Source: Candidatus Aminicenantes bacterium
GTDB taxonomy: Bacteria; Acidobacteriota; Aminicenantia; Aminicenantales; Aminicenantaceae
Direction of reading: 5' to 3'
Assembly: GCA_021162615.1 (NCBI GenBank)
Contig: JAGGYH010000025.1
Span: forward strand, 26,364 to 90,363
Length of the DNA stretch: 64,000 nucleotides
Part shown: positions 29,401-38,425 of the stretch, piece after piece
Numbering within the stretch: position 1 is the first letter of the stretch
Layout: each line of letters starts with the position of its first letter
Translations under genes and position numbers: made by a program
Notes under the pieces: model-generated
Told to the model about the DNA's origin: nothing
The model's input: only the letters and a program-made list of their open reading frames with translations
Databases searched by the model: none

Positions 29401-29579
29401 GAATAGCTTAGTCCTTATGAAAATCAGGTGTGGCCGTGGCGACATTGAAGATTTAGCCTTCGGATGCAGGAAGTCGATCCTGGTCACCCACGGACGGGGG
29501 GAGTTGCGCAGAAGCCGAGAATACAGCACGTAGAATGGCGTTAAAAATCTTTAGTGAGCGCAGGCCATATCTGATTTTC
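29401..29579 (+). repeat. MITE-like repeat, hairpin-core copy without recognisable termini
   Basis: Aligns with 34092-34289. Arms at 29419-29435 and 29563-29579 are complementary. The 3' end abuts the stop codon at 29583-29585. Confidence 0.8.
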
Positions 29580-29582
29580 TTA

Positions 29583-30110
29583 TCAGCATTTCTTCTCCTC
29601 GAGCTCCATAATGGGATTGTCAGAATCAACAAGGTCGCCTTCAGATGCAAATATTTTCTTTACAACTCCCTGCAAAGAGGACTTGATCTCATTCTCCATT
29701 TTCATTGCTTCCACAATAGCCAGTGTCTGGCCAACTCTCACTTCCTGCTTTTCTGAAACTTCAATTTTTATAACCTTACCGGGCATAGTGGATTTGATTT
29801 TCAACATATCTTCTCTTGATCTCTCTTCGCCGCCCTGTACTTCGCTCTCATCCTGGTCCGAGTCTTTGATGAAATATTGATCTCCCCTGCACTGTACGAA
29901 AAATCCGTCGTCACTCCGTGCAATAAACACTCTATAGACCTTGTCCTCTATCTTTAGGGAAACAATATGGGGAGATAAGTTTTTGATGTCCGCTGTGTAT
30001 TGGTCATCATCAACACCGACAACATACTGTTCACCTTTTTTCTCAAGAAATATTTTCAACAGCTTATTATCGACAACGAATTCATGTTCCACTTTCTTCA
30101 CTCCTCCCAA
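29583..30110 (-). CDS. BT-domain + biotin carboxyl carrier (BCCP) subunit of an acyl-CoA carboxylase
   Basis: Biotinylation motif EAMKMEN near the C-terminus. The start is uncertain: TTG 30110, GTG 30101 or GTG 30092, with GGGAGGAG at 30101-30108. Confidence 0.75.
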   Translation of the reverse strand: MGGVKKVEHEFVVDNKLLKIFLEKKGEQYVVGVDDDQYTADIKNLSPHIVSLKIEDKVYRVFIARSDDGFFVQCRGDQYFIKDSDQDESEVQGGEERSREDMLKIKSTMPGKVIKIEVSEKQEVRVGQTLAIVEAMKMENEIKSSLQGVVKKIFASEGDLVDSDNPIMELEEKKC

Positions 30111-31599
30111 GTCTCCATTTCCCTAATGTCTGCCATGGCGATCTTTCTCCGTGTTCCTTTTTTCCTATTCCTGAATCATATGTCCTGTTTTGCCCCAAAA
30201 AAGCCGCCGCCAGGAGGCAGATCTCTCTTTTTTTATCATCTTTCCTTAGTGCAAACCCATCTTTGAACTGTTTTTCAATAAAATCAGTAGTGGTATCTCC
30301 TCTCCTGAACATGGGGCTTGAGATAACTTCTTTTAAAAAAGATATACTTGTCTTGACGCCTAAAATCACATAATGTTCCAGTGCCTGGACCATTCTTTGA
30401 CATGCCATCTCTCTATTTTCTGCCCAAACAACAAGCTTAGACAGTATGGGATCATAATATATGGGGACCTCACAGCCGCTGTAGATTCCGCTGTCAAGCC
30501 GGATACCCGGCCCTGCGGGTTCGTTGATAAACAATATTTTCCCTGACGAAGGAAGAAAATTATTTTCCGGGTCTTCAGCATATATTCTGCATTCGATAGA
30601 ATGCCCCTTTTGATGCAGTGAGCTCTGTTTTATCTTGAGTTTTTTTCCAGCTGCAATCAAAATTTGATGCTGCACAATATCCAAACCGGTGACCAGCTCT
30701 GTGACAGGGTGTTCTACCTGAAGTCTTGCATTGACTTCCAGGAAATAAAAATTTCTATCCTTATCAAGAAGGAACTCAACTGTTCCGGCATTATTGTATC
30801 CGGTTACTTGGATGACTCTTTTGGCAACTTCTCCCATCTGGTCCCTTAAGCCTTCATCAAGTGCTTGAGATGGAGATTCTTCAATGATTTTCTGATGCCT
30901 TCTCTGGATTGAGCATTCCCGCTCAAAAAGATGCACAATGTTCCCATAGTTATCCGCCAGGATCTGAAACTCTACATGCCGCGGCTCCTGAATGCATTTT
31001 TCCAGATAGACTGATTCATCGCCAAAAGCAGATTTCGCCTCTCTCATCCCGGCTTCAAGTCCGGCTTTTAGCCTTTCATGAGAGTGGACAATGCGCATAC
31101 CTTTGCCTCCTCCTCCGGCAGATGCTTTAATCATCAGCGGGTAGCCGATTTTGTCGGCCTCTTTCTCATATTCAGAAATATTTTTTAAAACACATTTCAT
31201 ACCGGGGATAATGGGGACGCCGGCTTTTTCCACGGTCTGTCTTGAACGCACTTTGTCTCCCACTAGATCCATGGCTCTTGAATTCGGTCCGATAAAAACA
31301 ATACCCTCTTTTTCACACCTTAATGAAAAAGAGGGATTCTCAGCAAGAAATCCGTAACCGGGATGGATAGCCTGGGCCTTTTTCTCCTTGGCCGCATGTA
31401 TAATATTATCTATATCAAGGTAGCTGTCAACAGCCTGAGCCGGTCCTATGCATACAGCTTCGTCCGCAAACTGTACATGCAGACTTTTTCTGTCTGCTTC
31501 TGAATAAACAGCTACGGTTGAAATACCCATCTCCTGACAGGCCCTGATGATTCGAACCGCTATTTCTCCACGGTTTGCAATCAGTATTTTCTCAAACAT
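30082..31599 (-). CDS. Biotin carboxylase subunit (methylcrotonyl-/acyl-CoA carboxylase alpha, lacking BCCP)
   Basis: MFEKILIANRGEIAVRI start and ATP-grasp blocks. The C-terminal SPWQTLGKWRLG motif normally precedes the BT domain. Confidence 0.85.
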   Translation of the reverse strand: MFEKILIANRGEIAVRIIRACQEMGISTVAVYSEADRKSLHVQFADEAVCIGPAQAVDSYLDIDNIIHAAKEKKAQAIHPGYGFLAENPSFSLRCEKEGIVFIGPNSRAMDLVGDKVRSRQTVEKAGVPIIPGMKCVLKNISEYEKEADKIGYPLMIKASAGGGGKGMRIVHSHERLKAGLEAGMREAKSAFGDESVYLEKCIQEPRHVEFQILADNYGNIVHLFERECSIQRRHQKIIEESPSQALDEGLRDQMGEVAKRVIQVTGYNNAGTVEFLLDKDRNFYFLEVNARLQVEHPVTELVTGLDIVQHQILIAAGKKLKIKQSSLHQKGHSIECRIYAEDPENNFLPSSGKILFINEPAGPGIRLDSGIYSGCEVPIYYDPILSKLVVWAENREMACQRMVQALEHYVILGVKTSISFLKEVISSPMFRRGDTTTDFIEKQFKDGFALRKDDKKREICLLAAAFLGQNRTYDSGIGKKEHGERSPWQTLGKWRLGRSEESGT

Positions 31600-32407
31600 T
31601 CTTTTTTCCCTTATCTTCAACCATCCAAGCAGGCTTCCGCTTTTCCAAAAAAGCAGCCATTCCTTCCTGACCCTCGTCACTGATCCTGAGGTTAGCGATC
31701 ATTCTTGCTGTATATTCTCTGGCCTCTTCCAATGAGATCTGAGGCACCTTGAAGAGAAGTTCTTTGCAGCTGGCCATGGCATCCGGTCCGGAAGATAAAA
31801 GACGATCGACCGTATTCTCAACTTCACGATCAAGGCCTTCATAGGGACAGACATGGTTCACAAGACCGATCTTTTCACCTCTTTCGGCTGATATCCTCTC
31901 TCCCGTTAAAAAATACTCTCTGGCTTTGCTCTCCCCTATCCTTTTGACAACATACGGAGAGATGGCAGCAGGGATAAGTCCGATTTTCACCTCGCTTAAA
32001 CCAAACTTGGCTGTAGAGGCAGCGATGACAATATCACAGGCAGAAAGAAAACCGACCCCACCTCCTATGGCGGTTCCATTCACCCGAGCTATAGTGGGTT
32101 TTGGAACGGAGTATATGGTGTGAAGAAGCTCTGCTATTTCTAATGACTCCTTGAGATTCCGGTCATAAGAATAATGGATGATCTCCCTCATCCAGTTTAA
32201 GTCCGCACCCGCACAAAACGACTTGCCTTTTCCTGTCAGCACGATCACTCTGACTGAGGCATCATCTCTTATCTCCCTAAAAACATCCAGCATCTCAGAG
32301 ATCATGGTTGAATTAAAGGCGTTGTGTACTTCAGTCCGGTTTAAGGCAAGAAAGGCTCTCTGGCTTCCTTTCTTATAGATGATTGTGCTGTATTTTTTTT
32401 CTGTCAT
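31592..32407 (-). CDS. Enoyl-CoA hydratase (crotonase) family, methylglutaconyl-CoA hydratase by context
   Basis: Crotonase oxyanion blocks FCAGADL and GGG. Sits between the carboxylase subunits. Confidence 0.75.
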   Translation of the reverse strand: MTEKKYSTIIYKKGSQRAFLALNRTEVHNAFNSTMISEMLDVFREIRDDASVRVIVLTGKGKSFCAGADLNWMREIIHYSYDRNLKESLEIAELLHTIYSVPKPTIARVNGTAIGGGVGFLSACDIVIAASTAKFGLSEVKIGLIPAAISPYVVKRIGESKAREYFLTGERISAERGEKIGLVNHVCPYEGLDREVENTVDRLLSSGPDAMASCKELLFKVPQISLEEAREYTARMIANLRISDEGQEGMAAFLEKRKPAWMVEDKGKKNV

Positions 32408-32408
32408 G

Positions 32409-34016
32409 TTACATCCTGAAAATTCCCACTTTATAGTCAGGAATCATCTGATTCAGGCTCATGGAAATACCAAGAGCCAGGGCTTCTCTGGTATCCAGAG
32501 GCTCTATGATCCCATCATCCCATAACCGCGCCGTGCTGAAATAAGGGCTTCCTTCGTACTCATATTTCTTAAGAATGGGCTGCATGATCTTATTCCTTTC
32601 CTCTTCGGTCATCTTATTGCCGGTTTTTTCAAAGTGCTTCTCCTTCACTGTGAGAAGAACATTGGCCGCCTGTTCCCCCCCCATGACACTGATTCTGGCA
32701 TTCGGCCACATCCATAAAATACGGGGCCCGTAAGCCCTTCCGCACATGGCATAATTTCCCGCACCATAGGAGCCGCCTATTATTACTGTAAATTTAGGCA
32801 CATCAGCATTGGCAACCGCATGAACCATCTTGGCTCCGTCTTTGGCAATCCCGCCGTGTTCGTACTGTTTTCCGACAATAAATCCTGTGATGTTCTGAAG
32901 GAAAATCAGAGGAATCTTTCTCATTGCGCACAAGGTTATGAAATGAGCCCCCTTCAGAGAGCTTTCAGAAAAAAGGACTCCGTTATTAGCAACGATCCCT
33001 ACCGGATAACCCATGATCCTCGCAAAACCGCAGACAAGGGTTATCCCGTATTTTTCTTTAAACTCTTGAAACCGGCTCCCATCGACTATCCTGGCAATGA
33101 CCTCTCTTGTATCAAAAGGTTTTCTTAAGTCCCTTGGAACGATCCCCAATAGTTCATTAGGGTCATAATAGGGTTCTTCAGGTTCTTTGCGGTCAAGACT
33201 GAATTTTCTTGAAGGTTCAAGCGTCTCAACAATATTTCTGGCAATCTTTAATGCGTGCTCGTCATCCTGGGCAAAATAATCAGATACTCCTGAAATCCGG
33301 CAGTGCACATCAGCCCCTCCAAGCTCTTCATCAGTCACCTCTTCTCCGGTGGCTGCCTTGACCAGAGGCGGCCCGCCTATAAAAATGGTCCCCTGTTCCT
33401 TAACGATCACCGTCTCATCGCTCATGGCCGGCACGTAAGCTCCCCCCGCGGTACAGGAGCCCATTACTATTGAGATCTGGGGGATTCCCATTGCAGAAAG
33501 ACGAGCCTGATTATAAAAAATACGGCCAAAGTGCTCCTTATCCGGAAAAGTCCCTGCCTGATGAGGAAGGAATATCCCGCCGGAATCGACCAAATAAATA
33601 CAGGGAAGACGGTTTTCCATGGCTACTTCCTGGGCTCTTATATGCTTTTTTATAGTCATAGGGAAATAGGTACCGCCTTTTACGGTCGCATCATTAGCGA
33701 TTACAAGCACTTCCCGGCCATGGATCACTCCTACTCCGGTCACCATGCTGGCCCCAGGGGCCTGGTCATCATACATTCCATAAGCAGCCATGGGACTTAA
33801 TTCCAAAAAAGGACTATTGCGGTCAAAAAGTCTTTCAAGGCGCTCCCTTGCTAATAATTTACCTCGAGATTTATGAATCTTTCTGTATTTCTCGGGGCCT
33901 CCTTTTTTAATGCGGGCGAGATTATTTCTGTACTCATCAACCTGTTTTTTCATATATTCTAAGTTTTTTATGTACTCAGGACTTTTTGTGTCTATTTTGC
34001 TTTTGATTCTAAACAT
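32409..34016 (-). CDS. Acyl-CoA carboxylase carboxyltransferase (methylcrotonyl-CoA carboxylase beta-like)
   Basis: [39 protein letters not shown] and [11 protein letters not shown] blocks as in the MCC/GCC beta subunit. Confidence 0.85.
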   Translation of the reverse strand: MFRIKSKIDTKSPEYIKNLEYMKKQVDEYRNNLARIKKGGPEKYRKIHKSRGKLLARERLERLFDRNSPFLELSPMAAYGMYDDQAPGASMVTGVGVIHGREVLVIANDATVKGGTYFPMTIKKHIRAQEVAMENRLPCIYLVDSGGIFLPHQAGTFPDKEHFGRIFYNQARLSAMGIPQISIVMGSCTAGGAYVPAMSDETVIVKEQGTIFIGGPPLVKAATGEEVTDEELGGADVHCRISGVSDYFAQDDEHALKIARNIVETLEPSRKFSLDRKEPEEPYYDPNELLGIVPRDLRKPFDTREVIARIVDGSRFQEFKEKYGITLVCGFARIMGYPVGIVANNGVLFSESSLKGAHFITLCAMRKIPLIFLQNITGFIVGKQYEHGGIAKDGAKMVHAVANADVPKFTVIIGGSYGAGNYAMCGRAYGPRILWMWPNARISVMGGEQAANVLLTVKEKHFEKTGNKMTEEERNKIMQPILKKYEYEGSPYFSTARLWDDGIIEPLDTREALALGISMSLNQMIPDYKVGIFRM

Positions 34017-34060
34017 ACCCTCTTCCCCTTGTGTATCGAATTATAAAAGACACGGCTTTT

Positions 34061-34446
34061 TTAACCTGGATTATTCACAAGCCGAGGTTGCTTAAACTTA
34101 CTGAAATTCAGGTGTGGCCGTAGCGACATTGAAGATTTAGCCTTCGGATGAGGCTTTTCGAGGGCATCCGGCGAAGCCGGACGCTGAGTATGTCTGACCC
34201 ACGGACTGGGGGAGTTACGCAAGCGCCGAGAAAAATGAAGGAGAATGGCGTTAAAAATCTGAAGGGAGCACAGACCATATCTGAATTTCATATCGGCTTG
34301 CATTAATTGTAAAAAAATAGCGATTAAAATGAAAGTAAAAACAAACAAAAACATTTCAATTGTCATTTTTATGAAAAGCATGTATATCCTTGATATCAAA
34401 ACAAAAAAATGATCATCGCCATTTTTTTATGAATAGGTCAGGATAA
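34061..34446 (+). mobile_element. Full-length copy of the MITE-like repeat (End-A, hairpin core, AT-rich spacer, End-B)
   Basis: TTAACCTGGATTATTCA at the left end versus TGAATAGGTCAGGATAA at the right (imperfect TIR). Core arms at 34103-34119 and 34273-34289. No credible ORF. Confidence 0.8.
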
Positions 34447-34465
34447 ACGCTTTGTTAAATCCTTC

Positions 34466-34861
34466 CTATGAATCAGGAACAAACTTATATCCATAACACA
34501 GTATACCTGAATGTCCTTTTTTAAAAAGCTTTCTGAACTCAATCTTGACTCTTTTTCCCAGCTTCAGGTCCTCAAAATCACAATCAACAATCTGACCCAT
34601 AAGTTTGACTCCGTCATCCAGCTCTATAACTCCGACTGCATAGGGAGCCTGATCCTTGAACTGGCTGGGGGGGACTCTGATAATGGTATAGCTTATGACC
34701 TTTCCTTTCTCCGCAATCTTTGTTTTCACTAAATCGCGAGAGCCGCATTCCGGGCAGATAAGCCTCGGTGGAAAAAATTTCTGTTTGCACTTCGTACAAC
34801 TGTTGGCTTCCAGTCTATACCTTTGAGGTATCTCTCTCCAATATCTTGATGGTGTTGACAT
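34466..34861 (-). CDS. DUF35 OB-fold/zinc-ribbon protein (thiolase-HMGCS scaffold type)
   Basis: Zn ribbon CTKCKQKFFPPRLICPECGS followed by an OB-fold-sized C-terminus. Confidence 0.8.
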   Translation of the reverse strand: MSTPSRYWREIPQRYRLEANSCTKCKQKFFPPRLICPECGSRDLVKTKIAEKGKVISYTIIRVPPSQFKDQAPYAVGVIELDDGVKLMGQIVDCDFEDLKLGKRVKIEFRKLFKKGHSGILCYGYKFVPDS

Positions 34862-34876
34862 TCGCTTCCTCCTTTC

Positions 34877-36031
34877 TTATCCTCTCTCAAAAATATGAAC
34901 GACCGTACTGGCACCACTGCCACCCATATTTTGAGTGAGCCCGATGCGCGCTCCCTTGATCTGCCTTTTTCCTGATTCTTCCCGCAATTGCTTGACGATC
35001 TCCACGGCCTGGGCTATCCCGGTCGCTCCGACCGGATGCCCTTTTGACTTCAAACCGCCGCTTGGATTAACAGGTATATCGCCTTCCAGTGCGGTCCGAC
35101 CCCTTTCCACAGCCTCTCCCGATTTCCCTTTATCAACGATTCCCAGAGCTTCCATGACGCAGAGTTCAGCAATAGTGAAACAATCATGAACTTCAAACAC
35201 ATCTATATCGCCGGGGCTTTTTCCAGCCATTGCATAAGCACTTTTCCCTGCTTGATAAGTTGACTCTAACCAGGTCATGTCTTTTCTCTGGCTGATAGCT
35301 ATGGCATCTGTGGCATGACCGCTTCCTGTTATTTTAACAATAGGTTTGTTCAGTTTTTTAGCGATTTCAACAGGACATATTATGGCTGCGGCAGCTCCAT
35401 CAGTGATAGGAGAGCAATCCAGTATCCTCAACGGGTCAGCGACTTTGACAGAATGCAACACATCATCAAGGGTTACTTCAAAAGGAAACTGCGCAAGAGG
35501 ATTCATCGAGCCGTTCCTGTGGTTCTTCACAGCCACCTCTGCCAGCTGTTTCCTTGTGGTTCCGTATTTATCCATGTGCGCCACAGCAATCAAGGCATAA
35601 AGACCCGGAAAGGTAATCCCGTTGTAGCATTCATACTCCTGGTCGGCTGCTGTGCCCAGGGCATAAGTGGCTTCATCCCCTCCGACATCCGTCATTTTTT
35701 CGATCCCGCTCACCAGAACGATATCACTCATCCCGCTGGCGACCTCCATAAATCCGAGCCTCAAGGCAAGCCCTCCGGATGCACAGGCTGTCTCCACTCT
35801 TGTTGAGGGCACAGGAGCACAACCTAAATAATCCGCAAGAAGGGAGGCGATATGTTCCTGCCCTACAAAAATCCCTGACGACATGCAACCTACGTACATG
35901 GAATCAATATGATCGACTCCTGAGTCATCTATGGCCATCAAGGCTGTTTCTACGTATATATCCCTCAGGGATTTATTCCAAAGCTCTCCCCATTTAGTCA
36001 TTCCGATCCCTATGACTGCTACTTCTCTCAT
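34877..36031 (-). CDS. Thiolase (archaeal/SCP-x-type acetyl-CoA acetyltransferase)
   Basis: Active-site Cys block [10 protein letters not shown]-terminal [17 protein letters not shown] and GGSGAS. Confidence 0.85.
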   Translation of the reverse strand: MREVAVIGIGMTKWGELWNKSLRDIYVETALMAIDDSGVDHIDSMYVGCMSSGIFVGQEHIASLLADYLGCAPVPSTRVETACASGGLALRLGFMEVASGMSDIVLVSGIEKMTDVGGDEATYALGTAADQEYECYNGITFPGLYALIAVAHMDKYGTTRKQLAEVAVKNHRNGSMNPLAQFPFEVTLDDVLHSVKVADPLRILDCSPITDGAAAAIICPVEIAKKLNKPIVKITGSGHATDAIAISQRKDMTWLESTYQAGKSAYAMAGKSPGDIDVFEVHDCFTIAELCVMEALGIVDKGKSGEAVERGRTALEGDIPVNPSGGLKSKGHPVGATGIAQAVEIVKQLREESGKRQIKGARIGLTQNMGGSGASTVVHIFERG

Positions 36032-36040
36032 TTTTTCCTC

Positions 36041-37087
36041 CTAATCAGCTTTCCTTATTTTTTCTCTGAATTTTGCGTATTCCCCGTATTCAAGATATTT
36101 TTTATTGTTATTGAGGAGCTCTCTTGTCAGAGGGGCTAAATTTCTCACTGCATCGATCCTTGAAGTGACTTTTAGAATGAATGCATCGCTCCCCGCACCA
36201 GAACCGTATGAGACTAAGAGAATATTATCGCCGGGTTTTGCAATATCAAGCGTAGCTGTTAAACCTAAAGGAGAAGAACCAGAATACGTGTTCCCGAGTT
36301 TGTTCACCAGCCATCCGGGTTCAATCTGCTGCCTGGAAAAACCTAGAATCTTACCTGCCCTAAAGGGAAATTTTCCGTTGGGCTGGTGAAATACTACATA
36401 ATTGAAATCACCGGCCTGCATGCCCGCCTTATTCATAATGCCTTTTGCAGCTCCAATAACATGTTTGAAATAGGCTGGTTCCCCTGTAAACCGCCCTCCG
36501 TGCTGGGGGTAGTACTCGTATTCCCTCCTCCAAAAATCAGGCGTATCCGTCATATAAGCATAGGTATCAAGGACTTCTGCGACCACCTTGTCCCTGCCAA
36601 AAATAAAAGCGGCAGCGCCTGCAGCTGCTGAGTATTCCAAAGCATCACCGGGAGCCCCTTGAGAGGTATCTGCCCCGACTCCAAGTCCATATGTAACTAT
36701 GCCTGCCTTAACGAGATTCAATGCCACAAACATACCTTCGGTCCCGGCCTTACATGCGAACTCAAAATCAGCTGTGTGCACTTCCGGAGTGGCACCCAAC
36801 GCTTCAGCAAGAACAGTGCCGCTGGGTTTGACCGCATAAGGATGCGACTCGGATCCTACATACACCGCACCGATATCTATCGGATCAATTCCAGCTCTTT
36901 TCAGGGCATTTTTAGATGCTTCAACAGACATGGTTATGGTGTCCTGGTCAGGCGAAGGGACTGACTTTTCTTCAAGTATCAAACCCTTCTTGTAACTTGG
37001 TGCGTCAGCTCCCCATACTTTGGCTATTTCTTCTACTTTAATTCGATTTCTCGGGATATAGGCTCCGTAGCCTACGATTCCTTCCAT
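36041..37087 (-). CDS. Hydroxymethylglutaryl-CoA synthase (archaeal-type, ~350 aa)
   Basis: GSESHPYAVKP, EFACKAGT (catalytic Cys) and FHQPNGKFP blocks. Confidence 0.8.
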   Translation of the reverse strand: MEGIVGYGAYIPRNRIKVEEIAKVWGADAPSYKKGLILEEKSVPSPDQDTITMSVEASKNALKRAGIDPIDIGAVYVGSESHPYAVKPSGTVLAEALGATPEVHTADFEFACKAGTEGMFVALNLVKAGIVTYGLGVGADTSQGAPGDALEYSAAAGAAAFIFGRDKVVAEVLDTYAYMTDTPDFWRREYEYYPQHGGRFTGEPAYFKHVIGAAKGIMNKAGMQAGDFNYVVFHQPNGKFPFRAGKILGFSRQQIEPGWLVNKLGNTYSGSSPLGLTATLDIAKPGDNILLVSYGSGAGSDAFILKVTSRIDAVRNLAPLTRELLNNNKKYLEYGEYAKFREKIRKAD

Positions 37088-37257
37088 TTAAACCTCCCTT
37101 TTAGAAAAAATTATTGAATAGAAAGAAAAATTCATCTCTGCCGTTCCTGCATTCCTCCAGTATCGACTAAAAAATCATCCTGTCATATTTCGCCATAGCA
37201 AGTCAAGAAATTTTCGCTTTTTGAGCCAGAGTCCCTTGATTCTGATCCTTGTACACA

Positions 37258-37285
37258 TTGACATAATCATAAACGCGAATAGAAT
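37258..37285 (+). promoter_or_regulatory. Sigma70-like promoter upstream of ECF sigma gene 2
   Basis: TTGACA, a 16-nt spacer, then TAGAAT. Confidence 0.45.
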
Positions 37286-37308
37286 AAAAAAACATCATCA
37301 GTTGCTGC

Positions 37309-37334
37309 GGAACTTTTTGAACCAAATCTTCGTC
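37309..37334 (+). promoter_or_regulatory. ECF-type promoter (GGAAC-N17-CGTC), probably autoregulatory
   Basis: GGAAC at 37309-37313 and CGTC at 37331-37334, immediately upstream of the GTG start at 37351. Confidence 0.55.
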
Positions 37335-37350
37335 TATTAAGGTGTGTTAA

Positions 37351-37920
37351 GTGACAATAAAAAAAATAATAAGAGAATGCAGGAAAGGAAACCAGAGGTC
37401 ATGGAAAATGCTCATTGACACCTACTCAAAAAAAATATTCAATCTCGCTTATCAATTTACAGGCTCATACGAAACTTCCGAGGACCTTACGCAGGAAATA
37501 TTTATTAAAGTCTACAATTCTCTTCATAAATATGACTGTTCCAGGAATTTTAATTCCTGGATTGCTACTTTATCACGCAACTACCTGATAGACCACTACA
37601 GAAAAACAAAACTGGAAAAGAAAAAGCGAACTGATTTCAACGAACACATACTCGATTCAGAAAGCAAGACAGATCCTGAAGAAAACATTATTAAAAAACA
37701 GAATCAAAAAATAATCTGGGAAGGAATCAGGTCATTAAACCCTGATGTGAGAATGGCTGTTATTCTCAGAGATATTCAAGGGAAAAAATATGAGGATATC
37801 GCAGAAATAATGTCCTCTCCCCTGGGAACCGTGAAATCAAGAGTCAACCGCGGCCGCATCAAACTGGCCAAAATATTAAAGAAGGAAAAGGAGAATAAAA
37901 ATGAAATGCCGGCAAATTGA
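37351..37920 (+). CDS. ECF (group 4) sigma-70 factor
   Basis: GTG start. Region 2 (WKMLIDTYSKKIFNLAYQFTGSYETSEDLTQEIFIKVY) and region 4 (YEDIAEIMSSPLGTVKSRVNRGR). Confidence 0.85.
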   Translation: MTIKKIIRECRKGNQRSWKMLIDTYSKKIFNLAYQFTGSYETSEDLTQEIFIKVYNSLHKYDCSRNFNSWIATLSRNYLIDHYRKTKLEKKKRTDFNEHILDSESKTDPEENIIKKQNQKIIWEGIRSLNPDVRMAVILRDIQGKKYEDIAEIMSSPLGTVKSRVNRGRIKLAKILKKEKENKNEMPAN

Positions 37921-38392
37921 AAAATTTCTTTCTCCTTATTTAGAAAACGAATTGAATCAGGAAGAAAAAGCTCTTGTTGAGAACCATATAGAAAAATGCC
38001 CCAAATGCTCTGGCCTTCTTTCATACATGAGAGAAGCAAAGGATTCCATGGCTAAAATTCCGGAAATAGATGTAAGCCCATCCCTTATGAAAAGACTGTA
38101 TAAAATTCCGAATAAAAAACCCAAGAGAAGCTTTCGTTTTCTTCTCAAGCCCTCTCTTCAACCCATACTTGCTGCTGCAACGGTCCTTATCACAGTCATA
38201 TCGCTCTATTCACTGAATCCTGATAGAGAGCAAATAAACAAATTCATCAATCAGAAAATTCATATTGGTTACAGTAAAGCAGAAAGATTATACGCCAGAG
38301 CAGAATCTTTGACCAACACTCTGGCCGGATATAAAGAAAACATTCTTTTTTCCATAAAAAACATTGACTTTTTTTGGGAGAAAAATGACTGA
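37901..38392 (+). CDS. Anti-sigma factor with zf-HC2 motif
   Basis: HIEKCPKCS (H-x3-C-x2-C) near the N-terminus and one TM helix. Overlaps the sigma gene stop. Confidence 0.75.
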   Translation: MKCRQIEKFLSPYLENELNQEEKALVENHIEKCPKCSGLLSYMREAKDSMAKIPEIDVSPSLMKRLYKIPNKKPKRSFRFLLKPSLQPILAAATVLITVISLYSLNPDREQINKFINQKIHIGYSKAERLYARAESLTNTLAGYKENILFSIKNIDFFWEKND

Positions 38393-38425
38393 CTTAATGA
38401 TTAAACTGGAAATGGAGGAATTAAA

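Noticed and set aside
29401-29579. Repeat core as a known single-copy structured RNA (6S RNA-like long hairpin, tmRNA, RNase P, SRP)
   Set aside because: It is multi-copy, with truncated and internally deleted variants and TIR-bearing full-length forms. None of the conserved signatures I recall for those RNAs are present. A cmscan against Rfam would settle it.
34061-34399. 112-aa minus-strand ORF in the track (and the 65-aa ORF at 29453-29650)
   Set aside because: Both lie entirely inside copies of the MITE-like repeat. They have no RBS and a low-complexity or odd composition, and the two 'proteins' are only similar because the DNA repeat is. They were treated as non-coding.
34300-34420. Outward-facing promoter inside the AT-rich spacer of the full-length MITE (TTGTCA-17-TATATC on the plus strand)
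   Set aside because: It would drive transcription antisense to the DUF35 gene. AT-rich DNA yields such hexamer matches by chance, and nothing supports it beyond the motif.
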